DNA from: an uncultured delta proteobacterium
Lineage (GTDB): Bacteria > Desulfobacterota > Syntrophia > Syntrophales > UBA5619
Direction of reading: 5' to 3'
Assembly (NCBI GenBank): GCA_963817385.1
Contig: CAWFOM010000001.1
Span: 64,001-128,000, forward strand
Length of the DNA stretch: 64,000 nucleotides
This document shows positions 53,884 through 64,000 of this stretch, one piece after another. Below the pieces are notes generated by a model. The model was not told where the DNA came from and ran no database searches. It was given only the letters and a program-made list of their open reading frames with translations. Within the stretch, counting starts at the first letter, position 1; every line of letters starts with the position of its first letter. A program made the position numbers and the translations under genes.

Positions 53884-54867
53884 CTACTTTGCAAAACCGA
53901 GGTCCGTCATCAGCTCCGAGTATGACTTCTCCTCGTCCCTGAGGAACTTGGCAAAACCAGCCGCATCGTCGTAGGCGGGAACCCACTGAAGCTTCTCCAG
54001 GGACTCCTTCCAGGTCTTCGTCCCCACCATCGTCTTGATGGTCTTCGCCCAGTAGGTCTGCGCATCCTTCGACATGCCCGGGGTTCCGAAAACGCCCCGC
54101 CACACTTCATAGGTGGTGTTAATCCCCAGCTCCTTAAGGGTCGGGACATCCTTCAGGGGGCCGCCGCCCCGCACGCCGGAGGTAATCGCCAGGGCACGAA
54201 CCGTCCCCGCCTGGATGTGCGACAGAACCTCGCCCGTCCCGCTGGAAACAAACGCCACGTTACCCCCCAGAAGGGTGGTCAACGCCTCGCCTCCTCCGGA
54301 AAAGGCCACATACGACAGATCCTTCGCATTAACTCCCACCATCTTCGCCACCTTGCAGAACGCCAGGTGATCCATCGACCCCGGTGAGGAACCGCCGGCA
54401 AACTTCACCGCGCCGGGATTCTTCTTCACCGCATCCAGGAGATCCTTGAAGGTCTTATAGGGGGAATCGGCCTTGACGATGAACACCTGGTAGTCCGTGA
54501 TCAGTTTGGCCAGCGGCGTCAACGTCGTATAGCTCTGGGAAAACGTCTTGTTGATCGTGTTGATGATCAACGGCGGCGAAAACACCACCAGTTCGTAATC
54601 ATCGCCCTTTTTCATGCTGATGTACGCCATCCCCACCGCACCGCCTCCGCCCGGCTTGTTCAAAACCGAGATCGGCTGCGGATAGAGCTTCTCGATTTCC
54701 AGGACGCGGTTGATCGTCCGGGCCATCGCGTCCCAGCCTCCGCCCGGGTTCGCCGGCGCCACGATCTCCAGGGGCCGGGAAGGATAGGCAGCTCCTTGGC
54801 CGGAGGCGGTGAACCCGATGCACAGTGAGAGGATCAGTGCCACCATTGTGAAAAACTTGTTGAACAT
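53884..54867 (-). CDS. tctC: tripartite tricarboxylate transporter substrate-binding protein
   Basis: PANPGGGWD, NKPGGGG, VPTLKELG, WRGVF. Confidence 0.92.
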   Translation of the reverse strand: MFNKFFTMVALILSLCIGFTASGQGAAYPSRPLEIVAPANPGGGWDAMARTINRVLEIEKLYPQPISVLNKPGGGGAVGMAYISMKKGDDYELVVFSPPLIINTINKTFSQSYTTLTPLAKLITDYQVFIVKADSPYKTFKDLLDAVKKNPGAVKFAGGSSPGSMDHLAFCKVAKMVGVNAKDLSYVAFSGGGEALTTLLGGNVAFVSSGTGEVLSHIQAGTVRALAITSGVRGGGPLKDVPTLKELGINTTYEVWRGVFGTPGMSKDAQTYWAKTIKTMVGTKTWKESLEKLQWVPAYDDAAGFAKFLRDEEKSYSELMTDLGFAK

Positions 54868-55022
54868 GTTCGTACTCCTTTCTTTTGTTTGGGTTAATGA
54901 GAAAAACGGCTCTGGTTTTTGCTGACAATACGAACCTCGGGACGATATGTCAAGCAATAAAGATCACAAGTACTTGGATGCTCTCAAAGCAAAACACGTC
55001 AATGGCAATCTGTTATGAAAGA

Positions 55023-55037
55023 GCAAGACACATGCCA
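55023..55037 (-). promoter_or_regulatory. sigma54 -24/-12 promoter for tctCBA-citDEF
   Basis: Minus strand TGGCAT-GTGTC-TTGC with canonical spacing, next to a divergent sigma54 activator gene. Confidence 0.85.
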
Positions 55038-55192
55038 GGATGTGCAACGTTGCGTGTTGTCTTCGGCACACCGGGAAGCAGATGAAATTGGGATATTTCA
55101 AACCTCCATTATCCGAAGAATATGCCTTGACACTATGTTTCATTTTGTTTAGCTTTGTTTAAACATCGGAACAACCATGAACAGAGGCTCCG

Positions 55193-57131
55193 GATGGAAC
55201 AGGTTTTCAAAGTCGGCTTCATCAATTCTACCAAGCAACTTCTTAACTGCGCTCTTTCAGCGGCTGCGAAGCTCAATATCAACATGGCGACCGCGCTGGC
55301 GGGCCTGGATGCGGCCGTTCCCGCAGGGCAAAGGATGGAGCAGGAGGGAGTCGAGGTCATTATCAGCCGTCGCGGTACCGCCTCACTCCTGAGAAAAAAC
55401 CTGAAGATCCCGATCCTATCGGTCCGTATCAGCTTCCCCGACATCTTTCTCAATATCCGGGACGCCAGCCTTATGGGGCGAAAGATCCTCCTGACCTCTT
55501 TCGGAGAAGAAAAGATTGAGGGTGCGGATTTGCTGCAGGAGTTCTTCAACGTGACCCTGATTCACGGGGTCTTCCATGATACCGCCAGCCTGGAAACGGC
55601 GATTATCCGGGGTAAAGGACAAGGTTGCGAGATCGTCATCGGTGGGGGGGTATCCATGTCTCTGGCCGAAAAACACGGCCTCAGAGGCGTGGAACTCCGG
55701 ACAAACGAGGGCGCCATAATTTCGGCCATAGAAGATGCCCTGTCCGTTGCAGGAGCCAATCGAGAGGAACAGGAAAAGACCCTGCGATACCGGACGATCA
55801 TGGATACGACCTCCGAGGGAATCATCGCGCTGGACAAAAACGGCATCATCACCGCCATCAATCATGCAGCCCTGCAGTTTCTCGGGTTGCCCGAGCAGAT
55901 GGTCAGTAAACCATTTACCGACTTCGATCCGGGAGGTCATGTCCGCGAGGTGCTGGATTCCGGCCGCCCGCTCCTGAACAAACTGGAAAGGCTCGGAGGT
56001 GAAATGTTTGTGGCCAATTACATCCCCCTCCAGGTCGGCGCCGAGGTCGTCGGTGAAGTGATCACGTTCCGGGACGTCCCCAATGTCGTACGGGCCGAAA
56101 ACGAAGTGCGCCGATCCCTCGTCAAAGGCCTCGTTGCCAAGCACACCATCGACAACTTCGTTCACCGTCACCCGGCGATGAAAGAGGTCGTAAAAAAGGT
56201 CAGAAAGTTCTCCCAGGTCGATTCCACCGTCCTGATTACCGGAGAAACCGGCACAGGGAAGGAGATCCTGGCCCAGAGCATTCACACCCTGGGACCGCGG
56301 CGCAAGGGCCCTTTTATCTCCATCAACTGTGCGGCGATCCCTGATCAGCTTCTGGAAAGCGAGCTCTTCGGTTATGAAGAAGGTGCGTTTACCGGCTCGA
56401 AGCATGGCGGAAAGCCCGGGCTTTTTGAACTGGCCCACAACGGCACCATCTTTCTCGACGAAATCGGCGCTACCCCCTTGAGCGTCCAGAGCCGGCTTCT
56501 CCGGGTATTGCAGGAGCATGAAGTGATGCGCATTGGTGGGGACCGCCTGATTTCGGTCAATGTGCGCGTTATTGCCGCTACCAATCAGAACCTCTGCCTC
56601 GAAGTTCAAAAAGGACGATTCCGGGAAGATCTCTATTTCCGGCTTGACGTGATCACCGTTCATATTCCGCCGCTCAGGGAGCGGATAGACGATTTGCCGG
56701 TACTCGTTCAAGATCTGATTCGGCGGTGCGCCCGTAACCCCAAGTCACAATCCTTAACCATTCCCGAGCACCACCTCCAAAAGCTCATGGAATTGCACTG
56801 GCCGGGCAACGTGCGTCAGCTTCAGAATTTTGTCGAGAAGCTGGTCATCCTGTGCGAGGATGGATATCAAGATAATACGTTTAAGGAACTCTACGCCAAC
56901 TTGCTTAATTATTCCCGTATCAGGGAACGGGAGGCTGTTACGGAGAGGCCGCCATTAAACCAGTACGTTCATGGCAGCCTCAGAGATGACGAGGCGAAAG
57001 CCATTCGGAAAGCACTGGAAGAATCGCGGTTCAGCAAGACGCTCGCAGCCAAAAGACTGGGAGTAAGCAGAACGACCCTTTGGAGGAAACTCAGGGAAAT
57101 GGGGATGAATCTTTCAAACCCGGGCAGATGA
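55193..57131 (+). CDS. sigma54-dependent activator, PrpR-like (PrpR_N-PAS-AAA-Fis)
   Basis: IISRRGTA, GETGTGKE, GAFTG, WPGNVRQL, LGVSRTTLWRK. Confidence 0.92.
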
Positions 57132-57373
57132 TCACCACAGAACAAAACCAAAACCGCCCGGCTCATACCGTCTCATCCGGATCACCGATGTCTGTTCGAA
57201 CGAGCCCGGTCGTTCAATCGAGCCGGAACCGACCGCCTGCGTCCGGGCGGCCTGGTTTGACGATCACATACAGCCTCATGATTCAAAAAAAATATCTATC
57301 AAAAGCCATTGTGTTGTAAAAAGCCTGTCGAGGATAACTGACTTCTTAGCTCAAGGAGACATGAGAGGTTAAA

Positions 57374-58798
57374 ATGAAAATATTCAACAAGAAAAGAGTC
57401 GTTCTTGGCCTTATTGTCATTCTTGTTATCGCCGCTTTTTTTGGATACAAGAACAAAGAATACATCCAACAGCTCCCGATCGGTTGCGCCTTCAAAACTA
57501 AAGCTTTGTGCGCAGCTGTCTTCGTTTCGGGTCGTGACCCGGTGACTACCGAGCGGGAAGATATTGGCTTCAACCCGCTCTTCAAATTATACAAGGCAAA
57601 AATTGACCGGGCTGAAAAAAGCGTTACCTGCTCGCTCCTGGGGATCGGTCTATTCGAGAAGAAAGCGGTATATGTTGACCAAATGGGTTCCGTGCTCCTC
57701 TCCGGTGTCGCAGAAGAGACAATCCGTGCCCGGAAGCCGGGGATTCCTCGTCCTGAACCCGCCAATCCTGAGGCCATTCCCTGGCCCATGGGCGACCGCA
57801 TGTCCGACAGCCCGCTGCCCGCAAATATCGATATGGCGAAGATTAACTCAGCCGTTGGCAAACTCTTTATCGAATCAAATTCTGATAATAAACTCTATAC
57901 CCGGGCAATGCTCATTGTCCACAATGGGCGCCTCATCGCCGAGAGCTACGGACCGGGGATCATGAAAGATACCCCACTCCTCAGCTGGTCTATGGCTAAG
58001 AGTGTCACTAACGCCATCGTCGGGATCCTTGTGCTGAAAGGAAAGATCTCTCTTAAGGGGCCGGCACCCGTGAGCGAATGGCAGAAGGCCGATGACCCGA
58101 GGCGGGCCATCACCTTGGACCAGCTCCTACGGATGAGTTCGGGTCTGGAGTGGGTTGAGGCTTACGCCGAGCGCCCCGTTTCGGACGTCAACATCATGTT
58201 GCTTTTGAAGCCCGATATGGCGGCCTATGTGGCCTCCAAACATCTGGCTGCTCAACCGGACACGGTCTGGCGCTACTCATCAGGGACGACCAACCTTATC
58301 CACCGGATCATCCGTGACGTCCTCGGAAGCCCAGAGGCATATTGGGAATTCCCTCGGCGCGAACTGTTTAATAAAATCGGCATGCGCAGTGCCATATGGG
58401 AAACAGACGCCTCCGGAACATTTATCGGGTCTTCCTACCTTTATGCAACCGCCCGCGACTATGCCCGCTTCGGCCTGCTATACCTGAATGACGGTGTCTG
58501 GGAGGGAGAACGGATACTGCCTGAAGGTTGGGTCGCCTATAGCACCACCCCGACATCTGCCGCCCCAAAACGCCAATATGGCGCACATTTTTGGCTGAAT
58601 GGGAGCAGGGATTCGAATCCCCAAGACCGCCTGTATCCCCAGCTACCAGGCGACACATTCTTTGCCAGGGGCTATCAGGGTCAAACAATCGCCATTATCC
58701 CTTCCCGCAAACTCGTTGTCGTCCGGCTGGGCATGACCTACGATGAGAACTGGGGAATGGAGCTGTTCATTAAAAACGTCCTCGATGCAATTCGTTGA
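57374..58798 (+). CDS. serine hydrolase, beta-lactamase/class C family
   Basis: SWSMAKS (SxxK), LLRMSSGL, YSSG, GYQGQ. Confidence 0.9.
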   Translation: MKIFNKKRVVLGLIVILVIAAFFGYKNKEYIQQLPIGCAFKTKALCAAVFVSGRDPVTTEREDIGFNPLFKLYKAKIDRAEKSVTCSLLGIGLFEKKAVYVDQMGSVLLSGVAEETIRARKPGIPRPEPANPEAIPWPMGDRMSDSPLPANIDMAKINSAVGKLFIESNSDNKLYTRAMLIVHNGRLIAESYGPGIMKDTPLLSWSMAKSVTNAIVGILVLKGKISLKGPAPVSEWQKADDPRRAITLDQLLRMSSGLEWVEAYAERPVSDVNIMLLLKPDMAAYVASKHLAAQPDTVWRYSSGTTNLIHRIIRDVLGSPEAYWEFPRRELFNKIGMRSAIWETDASGTFIGSSYLYATARDYARFGLLYLNDGVWEGERILPEGWVAYSTTPTSAAPKRQYGAHFWLNGSRDSNPQDRLYPQLPGDTFFARGYQGQTIAIIPSRKLVVVRLGMTYDENWGMELFIKNVLDAIR

Positions 58799-59393
58799 CG
58801 CACCTCCACCATAGGGCCGGAGCTTTTCGTCCTCAAGCTCTTGATGGACTTCTTACGAGCCCATTAAATTTATTTGGTGGCGTCAAGATCTGTCGGATGT
58901 CATATTTTCATTAGCCGCTCTCAACTCATCCATATACAAAGATGGTAACCGGATTTCCGGTGCGGATTATTGAATACTGGTCGAAACGGGCAAAGGAAGA
59001 ACAGCTTATTTTCTGACCGGAGGGGCATTTGTGTCTTCCTGAAACCCACATACCGACGAGTCGGCACAAATAATGATGAAAATGGATCGCGTCAACAGAT
59101 CAATCTGGCGAGCATAAATCTATTTCCTGGGGAAAGAGAGCATCAGGCGATTTTGGCGGTTATTCAACCTTTCAGATGGCATTCGCTATAGAAAAATTCT
59201 GTTCCACTTGACAGGTCGGGGTAAGAGTGGTTAGAAGGCACGGTAAGATTCCAATAACATGTTCATCAAAGCTCCATGTAACCCAGTGAGGTGACGTATG
59301 ATGGCAAGATCATAGACCCCGTGACTCAAAAAGAGTGCGGGGTTTTGTGTTTTTGGTCTATTCAATAATAATTGGCAAGGGTGGTGAGAATCC

Positions 59394-59960
59394 ATGAAAT
59401 TCCGTGGCATGATCATACTGGCCGGGCTATTGATTATAACCAGCTGCGCAACTCTGAGCAAGGAAGAATGCCTGAGCGGAGACTGGCGCGGCCTGGGCAT
59501 GAAGGATGGCATCAATGGCGAACCGGCCATCCAGATCGAAAAGCATCGCAAGTCCTGCGCTGAGCATGGCATCCGGCCCGATGAAAGATTATACATGGAT
59601 GGCCGCACCGAAGGATTGCGGGAATATTGCCAGATCGACAACGCCTTTCGGAGCGGGCTGAGCGGGCGGCAATACAAGGGCGTTTGCCCCTCTGCCATCC
59701 ATCTCTCATTCTTCCGATACAATAACGTGGCCTACATGGTCTACCAGACCAGGGAGGAAATCAAAAAACTGCACAACGAGATATCTAGCAAGCAAAGGGA
59801 GATGGAGAGCAATAAAACCACAGATAAGGAAAGAATCCACCTGCGCGGTGAGATCCGCGAACGGGAGAAGAAACTGGACGAACTGCGGAACTATCTCCGC
59901 GACCGGGAGAGGGATCTGGACGACGTGATGGCGGAGGCGCGATACGGGAAGCGCAGGTGA
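59394..59960 (+). CDS. DUF2799 lipoprotein
   Basis: ITSCATLSKEEC...DWRGLGMKDG...GLREYC; coiled-coil tail. Confidence 0.85.
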   Translation: MKFRGMIILAGLLIITSCATLSKEECLSGDWRGLGMKDGINGEPAIQIEKHRKSCAEHGIRPDERLYMDGRTEGLREYCQIDNAFRSGLSGRQYKGVCPSAIHLSFFRYNNVAYMVYQTREEIKKLHNEISSKQREMESNKTTDKERIHLRGEIREREKKLDELRNYLRDRERDLDDVMAEARYGKRR

Positions 59961-59998
59961 ATTTCCGGGAAGTCCGATGGTATCTGCGGAGATGAGAA

Positions 59999-61000
59999 AT
60001 GGAAGACAGTAAGGCATCAGGAAAAGGCTATATCCTGACTCCGAAAGAAGGGACCAACCGGGGCTTGAAGCGTGGCTGCCTGATGTGGGTGGGTCTGTAT
60101 TTCCTGATGGCGTTCGCGCTCGGGCTGTGGTTCCTGATCTGTTTCCCTGACGCACCTCCCAATCAGTCCCCCCGACTGCCTCCGCTTCCATATCGCGCAA
60201 TCCTTGCTTTCGGCGCCGGGTTTATCGGAGCCATACCGGGGATTATCGCCCTTGGCGCGTTGGACGGCGTGCGCACATCGCTCAAGGAGCGTGCATCACT
60301 CCTGAAGACCTCTACCAAAACTGTTCCGGCAGATGGCTTCTTCCAAACGTTTAGGGGCCGCATTATGGCAACTGGCCCCATGCTCGTTGCACCTCTCACC
60401 GGCCGTGAATGCTTGCTCTATAAATACCAGGCCACCAAAGGCACAGATACCAAAGGCAGCATGAGAGTGACTCATGCCGAAGGGTACGCACTCACTCCTT
60501 CCTATCTTTCGACTCTCTGCGGCCAGATCCGTTTGTATGCATTCATGGAACTGGAATTCCCCGAAGAATACGTGGATAAAGACGCCGCTCGGAAACGCCT
60601 TGCGGCCTTTCTGCCGACAGTTGAGCTATTCCAGCCTTCTTGGGACCTGATGGAGCACTATCGGGAGACCCAGAAGCATCTTCTGGACAGCGATGGCACC
60701 ATTCGATTCGACAAGGGACAACCAAACGCGGCCGAGACGGCCGCCGACTTCAGCGAGCAAATCGTGCAGCAAGGCGACGAAGTCGCGGTCTTCGGACTCT
60801 ATTCAGCGGCACAAGGCGGCATTGTTCCAGATCCCGGCGAAGAGATACTCCACAGGGCCCGCCTGCACAAAGGTTCTCTTTCGCAGGTGACCAGCGAATT
60901 CTTCAGGAAGGCCGGTCTGAGCGCCTTTTTTGGGATCCTCTTCGCCGCTGCCCTCTGGGGGTGGATCCACTTGTTTTTCCTGCACGCGGCCGAATATTGA
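59999..61000 (+). CDS. hypothetical membrane protein
   Basis: 333-aa ORF with two N-terminal and one C-terminal TM segments. Confidence 0.7.
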   Translation: MEDSKASGKGYILTPKEGTNRGLKRGCLMWVGLYFLMAFALGLWFLICFPDAPPNQSPRLPPLPYRAILAFGAGFIGAIPGIIALGALDGVRTSLKERASLLKTSTKTVPADGFFQTFRGRIMATGPMLVAPLTGRECLLYKYQATKGTDTKGSMRVTHAEGYALTPSYLSTLCGQIRLYAFMELEFPEEYVDKDAARKRLAAFLPTVELFQPSWDLMEHYRETQKHLLDSDGTIRFDKGQPNAAETAADFSEQIVQQGDEVAVFGLYSAAQGGIVPDPGEEILHRARLHKGSLSQVTSEFFRKAGLSAFFGILFAAALWGWIHLFFLHAAEY

Positions 61001-61327
61001 TCATTATGTGCAAATCCAAGGCTAACGCGCCTGCTTCACTATTCATATGTAATATTTGAAATAACAATGCTTTACGTGGTCCTGCCGGCAGTCAGATTCT
61101 GGAATCATCCCAGATTGATAAATATATCTCGGATCGGAATCGGTCCAATTATGCTGATAATACATGGCGAAATGATGGTATCGACACAGCACGCAGTTAC
61201 GAGGCGGACAAGAAGCAACAGCAAAAGTTGTGTCGAAATCGGTTAACTTTGCTGGCGTGGGGTCAATCATGCTGGGCACGGAATTGATCAGGCTGGGGCT
61301 ATCATTGAATAACAAAAAGGAGAAGAC

Positions 61328-61678
61328 ATGTACTGCGGGAATTGTGGATCACAAAACGACAACAACGCTTACAAATGTGTCAAATGCGGAGAGGCCTTCC
61401 AGCAAATGGGAGGTGGAGGTACGCCACCGGAGAGGATTCCGAACTACCTTATTCCATCAATTTTCCTCACATTGTTCTGCTGTCTACCGCTTGGCATTCC
61501 AGCAATCTTATTTTCAGCACAGGTCAACGGAAAGATTCGAGCGGGGGACATTCAGGGGGCAATGGAGTCATCTCGCAAAGCCAAGAAGTGGTGCTGGTTA
61601 TCCTTTGGGGTTGGCCTCGTTGTAAGTATTCTATTTTTCCTGTTCTATTTTGTAATGAGAAAGGGAGTGGCTTTATAG
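61328..61678 (+). CDS. zinc-ribbon plus CD225/dispanin family protein
   Basis: MYCGNCG...CVKCG; NYLIPSIFLTLFCCLPLGIPAI...SRKAKKW. Confidence 0.88.
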   Translation: MYCGNCGSQNDNNAYKCVKCGEAFQQMGGGGTPPERIPNYLIPSIFLTLFCCLPLGIPAILFSAQVNGKIRAGDIQGAMESSRKAKKWCWLSFGVGLVVSILFFLFYFVMRKGVAL

Positions 61679-61681
61679 AAT

Positions 61682-62065
61682 ATGAAGCCGGACAATGCGA
61701 AGAAGCGATTAGGGTACGGCATTGCTGCCGGCTTGCTAGCTGGAATACTCGTTATGCTGTATTGCATCGATCCGGCAAGAGCTGTAATCTTCCCACAGTG
61801 TCCCTTTCATTTACTGACCAGCCAGTATTGTCCGGGCTGTGGATCGCTTCGGGCGATTCATAGTCTATTGCACGGACAACTGGCGGCTGCTCTCTCGCTG
61901 AACCCACTCACGGTTGTTTCGATTCCCCTTTTGGGAATTATGTTCTTAAACCCATCATCATGGGTCTACAAACGATGGGTGCCATGTGCAGCTCTTGGAG
62001 TACTCATCTGTTATGGAGTTGCCAGAAACATTCCTATATGGCCGTTTGTTCTTCTGGCCCCTTAA
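61682..62065 (+). CDS. DUF2752 membrane protein
   Basis: CPFHLLTSQYCPGCGSLRAIHSLLHG. Confidence 0.88.
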   Translation: MKPDNAKKRLGYGIAAGLLAGILVMLYCIDPARAVIFPQCPFHLLTSQYCPGCGSLRAIHSLLHGQLAAALSLNPLTVVSIPLLGIMFLNPSSWVYKRWVPCAALGVLICYGVARNIPIWPFVLLAP

Positions 62066-62255
62066 TGGGAAATTGCCCACAATCGCATCGAACACTAAAT
62101 TGGTTCTGCTGGCGTTCCGCCGGCGAGGAACATGAGTGACATTCTCCTGACTTTCAAGTGATAATCTTCACCCGTCAGTGTATGATAATTCTGAGGAATT
62201 GTAGGTGCAAGCAGCGACCGACATATTGCCTCATTTCACCGGTCACTTCTGCACA

Positions 62256-62697
62256 GTCGAGTGGCGCGAGGGAATCTCACCCTTGCGCTCTCCGAGAACT
62301 GGACGTGACAGTCTCCCGTCAGCCAGCTCCTATTGTCCAGCCTTGACCTGAGAGGGCCTCCAGTGGGCAAAAAGTAACGGCTGCCGACGCATTATGCTCT
62401 GCAACCAATGCCAAGCTGGATGATGATGTCCCCTCAATCTCTCGTATTTCCGGGTTGCCCATCGAACAAGAATATTGTTCAGATGCTCTGACATCGTCCC
62501 TGTTGTTTCGACACCTCATCAGTAGTTCGCTTGCGCTCGCCTCCCCGAACCTTACCTGACAGGGTCGTGCCCTGCCTTTTCCTTAACGCTCACCACGATG
62601 GCTCTTTACCATCGCAGCTTAAGGTGGTTTGAAGCCAGCTCCTGCAAGCCGGCTCCGAGAGACCTCCCCTCATCTCTTGTGCAGCCTCGTGGCACAC
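62256..62697 (-). mobile_element. internally deleted group II intron
   Basis: 5' GTGTG start; 3' domain V GAGCTGGCTGACGGGAGACTGTCACGTCCAGTTC and domain VI ending CTCGAC; maturase tail LVRWATRKY...LFAHW. Confidence 0.85.
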
Positions 62698-62919
62698 ATG
62701 CGGGTTGAAATCTTCTACACAAACGTTTCCCCCTCCAAAAACACGACTACAAGCGGTAATCAATGATGAAAAATAAACAATTTCCCCTTGACTTTCCGTT
62801 CGCATAAGGGTTTTATTTACAGCGTTTCTCTTATTAGCTCTGTAAACCCATCAACCTAACTTTCAGCCTTCTGGTGAGTAAGATGAGAAGGTGGGGTTAC
62901 AAAAAGCAGATCATGCGAA

Positions 62920-62961
62920 GCCTCTAAGGGAGTCTGGGGACTCTCTTGGAGGCTTTTTATT
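62920..62961 (+). terminator. long hairpin plus U tract upstream of the last gene
   Basis: AAGCCTCTAAGGGAGTC-TGGG-GACTCTCTTGGAGGCTT followed by TTTATT. Confidence 0.6.
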
Positions 62962-63116
62962 TGTCTCTTTATCTCCCGATTAACGCATGGTTGTCAAATA
63001 TCAGGCGTGTGTCAGGTCCATTCGGGGAGATCGAAACTATTCGCTCACAAGAGTGCGGTAAGCACTAAATCACGATTCTACATGGTGACCCAATCAAGGC
63101 TGCCAAGGAGGACAAT

Positions 63117-64000
63117 ATGAAACGAGCGTTATCAAGCAGAATCGGATTCCTGGCGATCGTCGCCGTAGTTGCAGTCATGATCATGCCTACACAGGTATTC
63201 AGCAGCCCCTATTTATCACTCATCAGCGGCGACTCAAGGGAAGTTGCCAAGTTTGACCCTCCAAATCCGCCTTTTACCTACGATCCTGATAACCCGGATA
63301 TTTCGTCGGAAGGTCTGATCGCCTTCATTATGTCTGAGCTGGGTATAAATATGATGGGGAGTATTTACGGGCCCGGAGTGACTTCGTGGAAGAATGGCGC
63401 TGAATTGTTTGATAACGCCGTGGTCGCCAACGCGAGTGCCGTAGGCACCGTCGCCAAGGTGACTTTCCTGGAAGTAAATGATACCCAATATGTTAAAGAC
63501 ACTTGGTTGTGGTCGGGCATTTATGAACTGAAAGGCAATGCGGGGGAATCGGCCAATGTCATCCTCGACTATACCCACGGATACACCTATAATAATGTGG
63601 CTCTCCTTGGAAGGTCTAAATCCTATGTGGGCGCCGATTTTCATTCCTGGATCATTCCTGCCGATAAAACAGGGGGATACAGCAATAACGCCGCCGACAA
63701 TTGGGGTTATGGCAGCGGTCCATACCCGATCGACGCATCCTCCTGGGGTGACGATTACGTGCATGAGTTTAGTAAAGAGTATGAGGTGGTTGGTGGTTTC
63801 AATAACAAAAACCTTGTAAAGAAAGGATCCCTGAATTTAGGCAATATGAAAGTCGGCGATCGACTTTACCTCCGGGGAACTCTTAGTGCCTTCACGGAAT
63901 GTGAATTGTATACTATAGCAGGGCTTGAAATGGCCACCATGTTTACAGACTTCACCGGTGACTTTGGAGTAGAAGAGACCTTCGCGGGTCCCGCTGCCCT
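63117..64000 (+). CDS. secreted protein, 3'-partial (not in the ORF track)
   Basis: AAGGAGGA RBS, MKRALSSRIGFLAIVAVVAVMIMPTQVFS signal, open to the window end. Confidence 0.75.
   Translation, partial: MKRALSSRIGFLAIVAVVAVMIMPTQVFSSPYLSLISGDSREVAKFDPPNPPFTYDPDNPDISSEGLIAFIMSELGINMMGSIYGPGVTSWKNGAELFDNAVVANASAVGTVAKVTFLEVNDTQYVKDTWLWSGIYELKGNAGESANVILDYTHGYTYNNVALLGRSKSYVGADFHSWIIPADKTGGYSNNAADNWGYGSGPYPIDASSWGDDYVHEFSKEYEVVGGFNNKNLVKKGSLNLGNMKVGDRLYLRGTLSAFTECELYTIAGLEMATMFTDFTGDFGVEETFAGPAA

Noticed and set aside
58800..62150. Second cassette array around the DUF2799/CD225/DUF2752 genes
   Set aside because: Only a faint half-site (GCCCACAATCGCATCGAAC near 62076); no complete attC palindromes
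236..63819. Long antisense or alternate-frame ORFs (e.g. 9871..11133, 24268..26118, 27710..29278, 33623..35155, 63234..63764)
   Set aside because: Shadow frames of well-supported genes in high-GC DNA, with no recognisable motifs

Overview
GC-rich bacterial chromosomal segment. Gene content suggests an anaerobic deltaproteobacterium (Desulfobacterota, possibly Syntrophales); this is inference. Many genes carry single-base frameshifts, most likely long-read consensus errors. Left to right: a split dialkylresorcinol/aryl-polyene-type lipid cluster (DarB-like KAS III, BtrH-like protein, ABC exporter, ACP, KS, CLF) interrupted by an A-X-B|A'-Y-B' duplication carrying a PAS-LuxR regulator and a multicopper oxidase; sensor kinases; hcp; glk; cutA; a DapA-family/hydroxyacid dehydrogenase/TTT operon; a DUF1566 gene; a CoA-disulfide reductase/NADH oxidase with an in-frame UGA at the catalytic position plus a SECIS-like hairpin (selenoprotein); lgt; trxB; acyl-CoA ligases; an integron (40.9-48.7 kb) with a truncated integrase; a sigma54-controlled TTT + citDEF operon; an internally deleted group II intron; and a partial secreted protein. 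The most striking signals are in the integron. Two gene-less elements of about 166-169 bp differ in sequence but share one fold, each carrying perfect antisense copies of the arms of its own attC. An AT-rich two-gene cassette (Nmad-like protein plus UDG-superfamily glycosylase) is a candidate anti-phage system.
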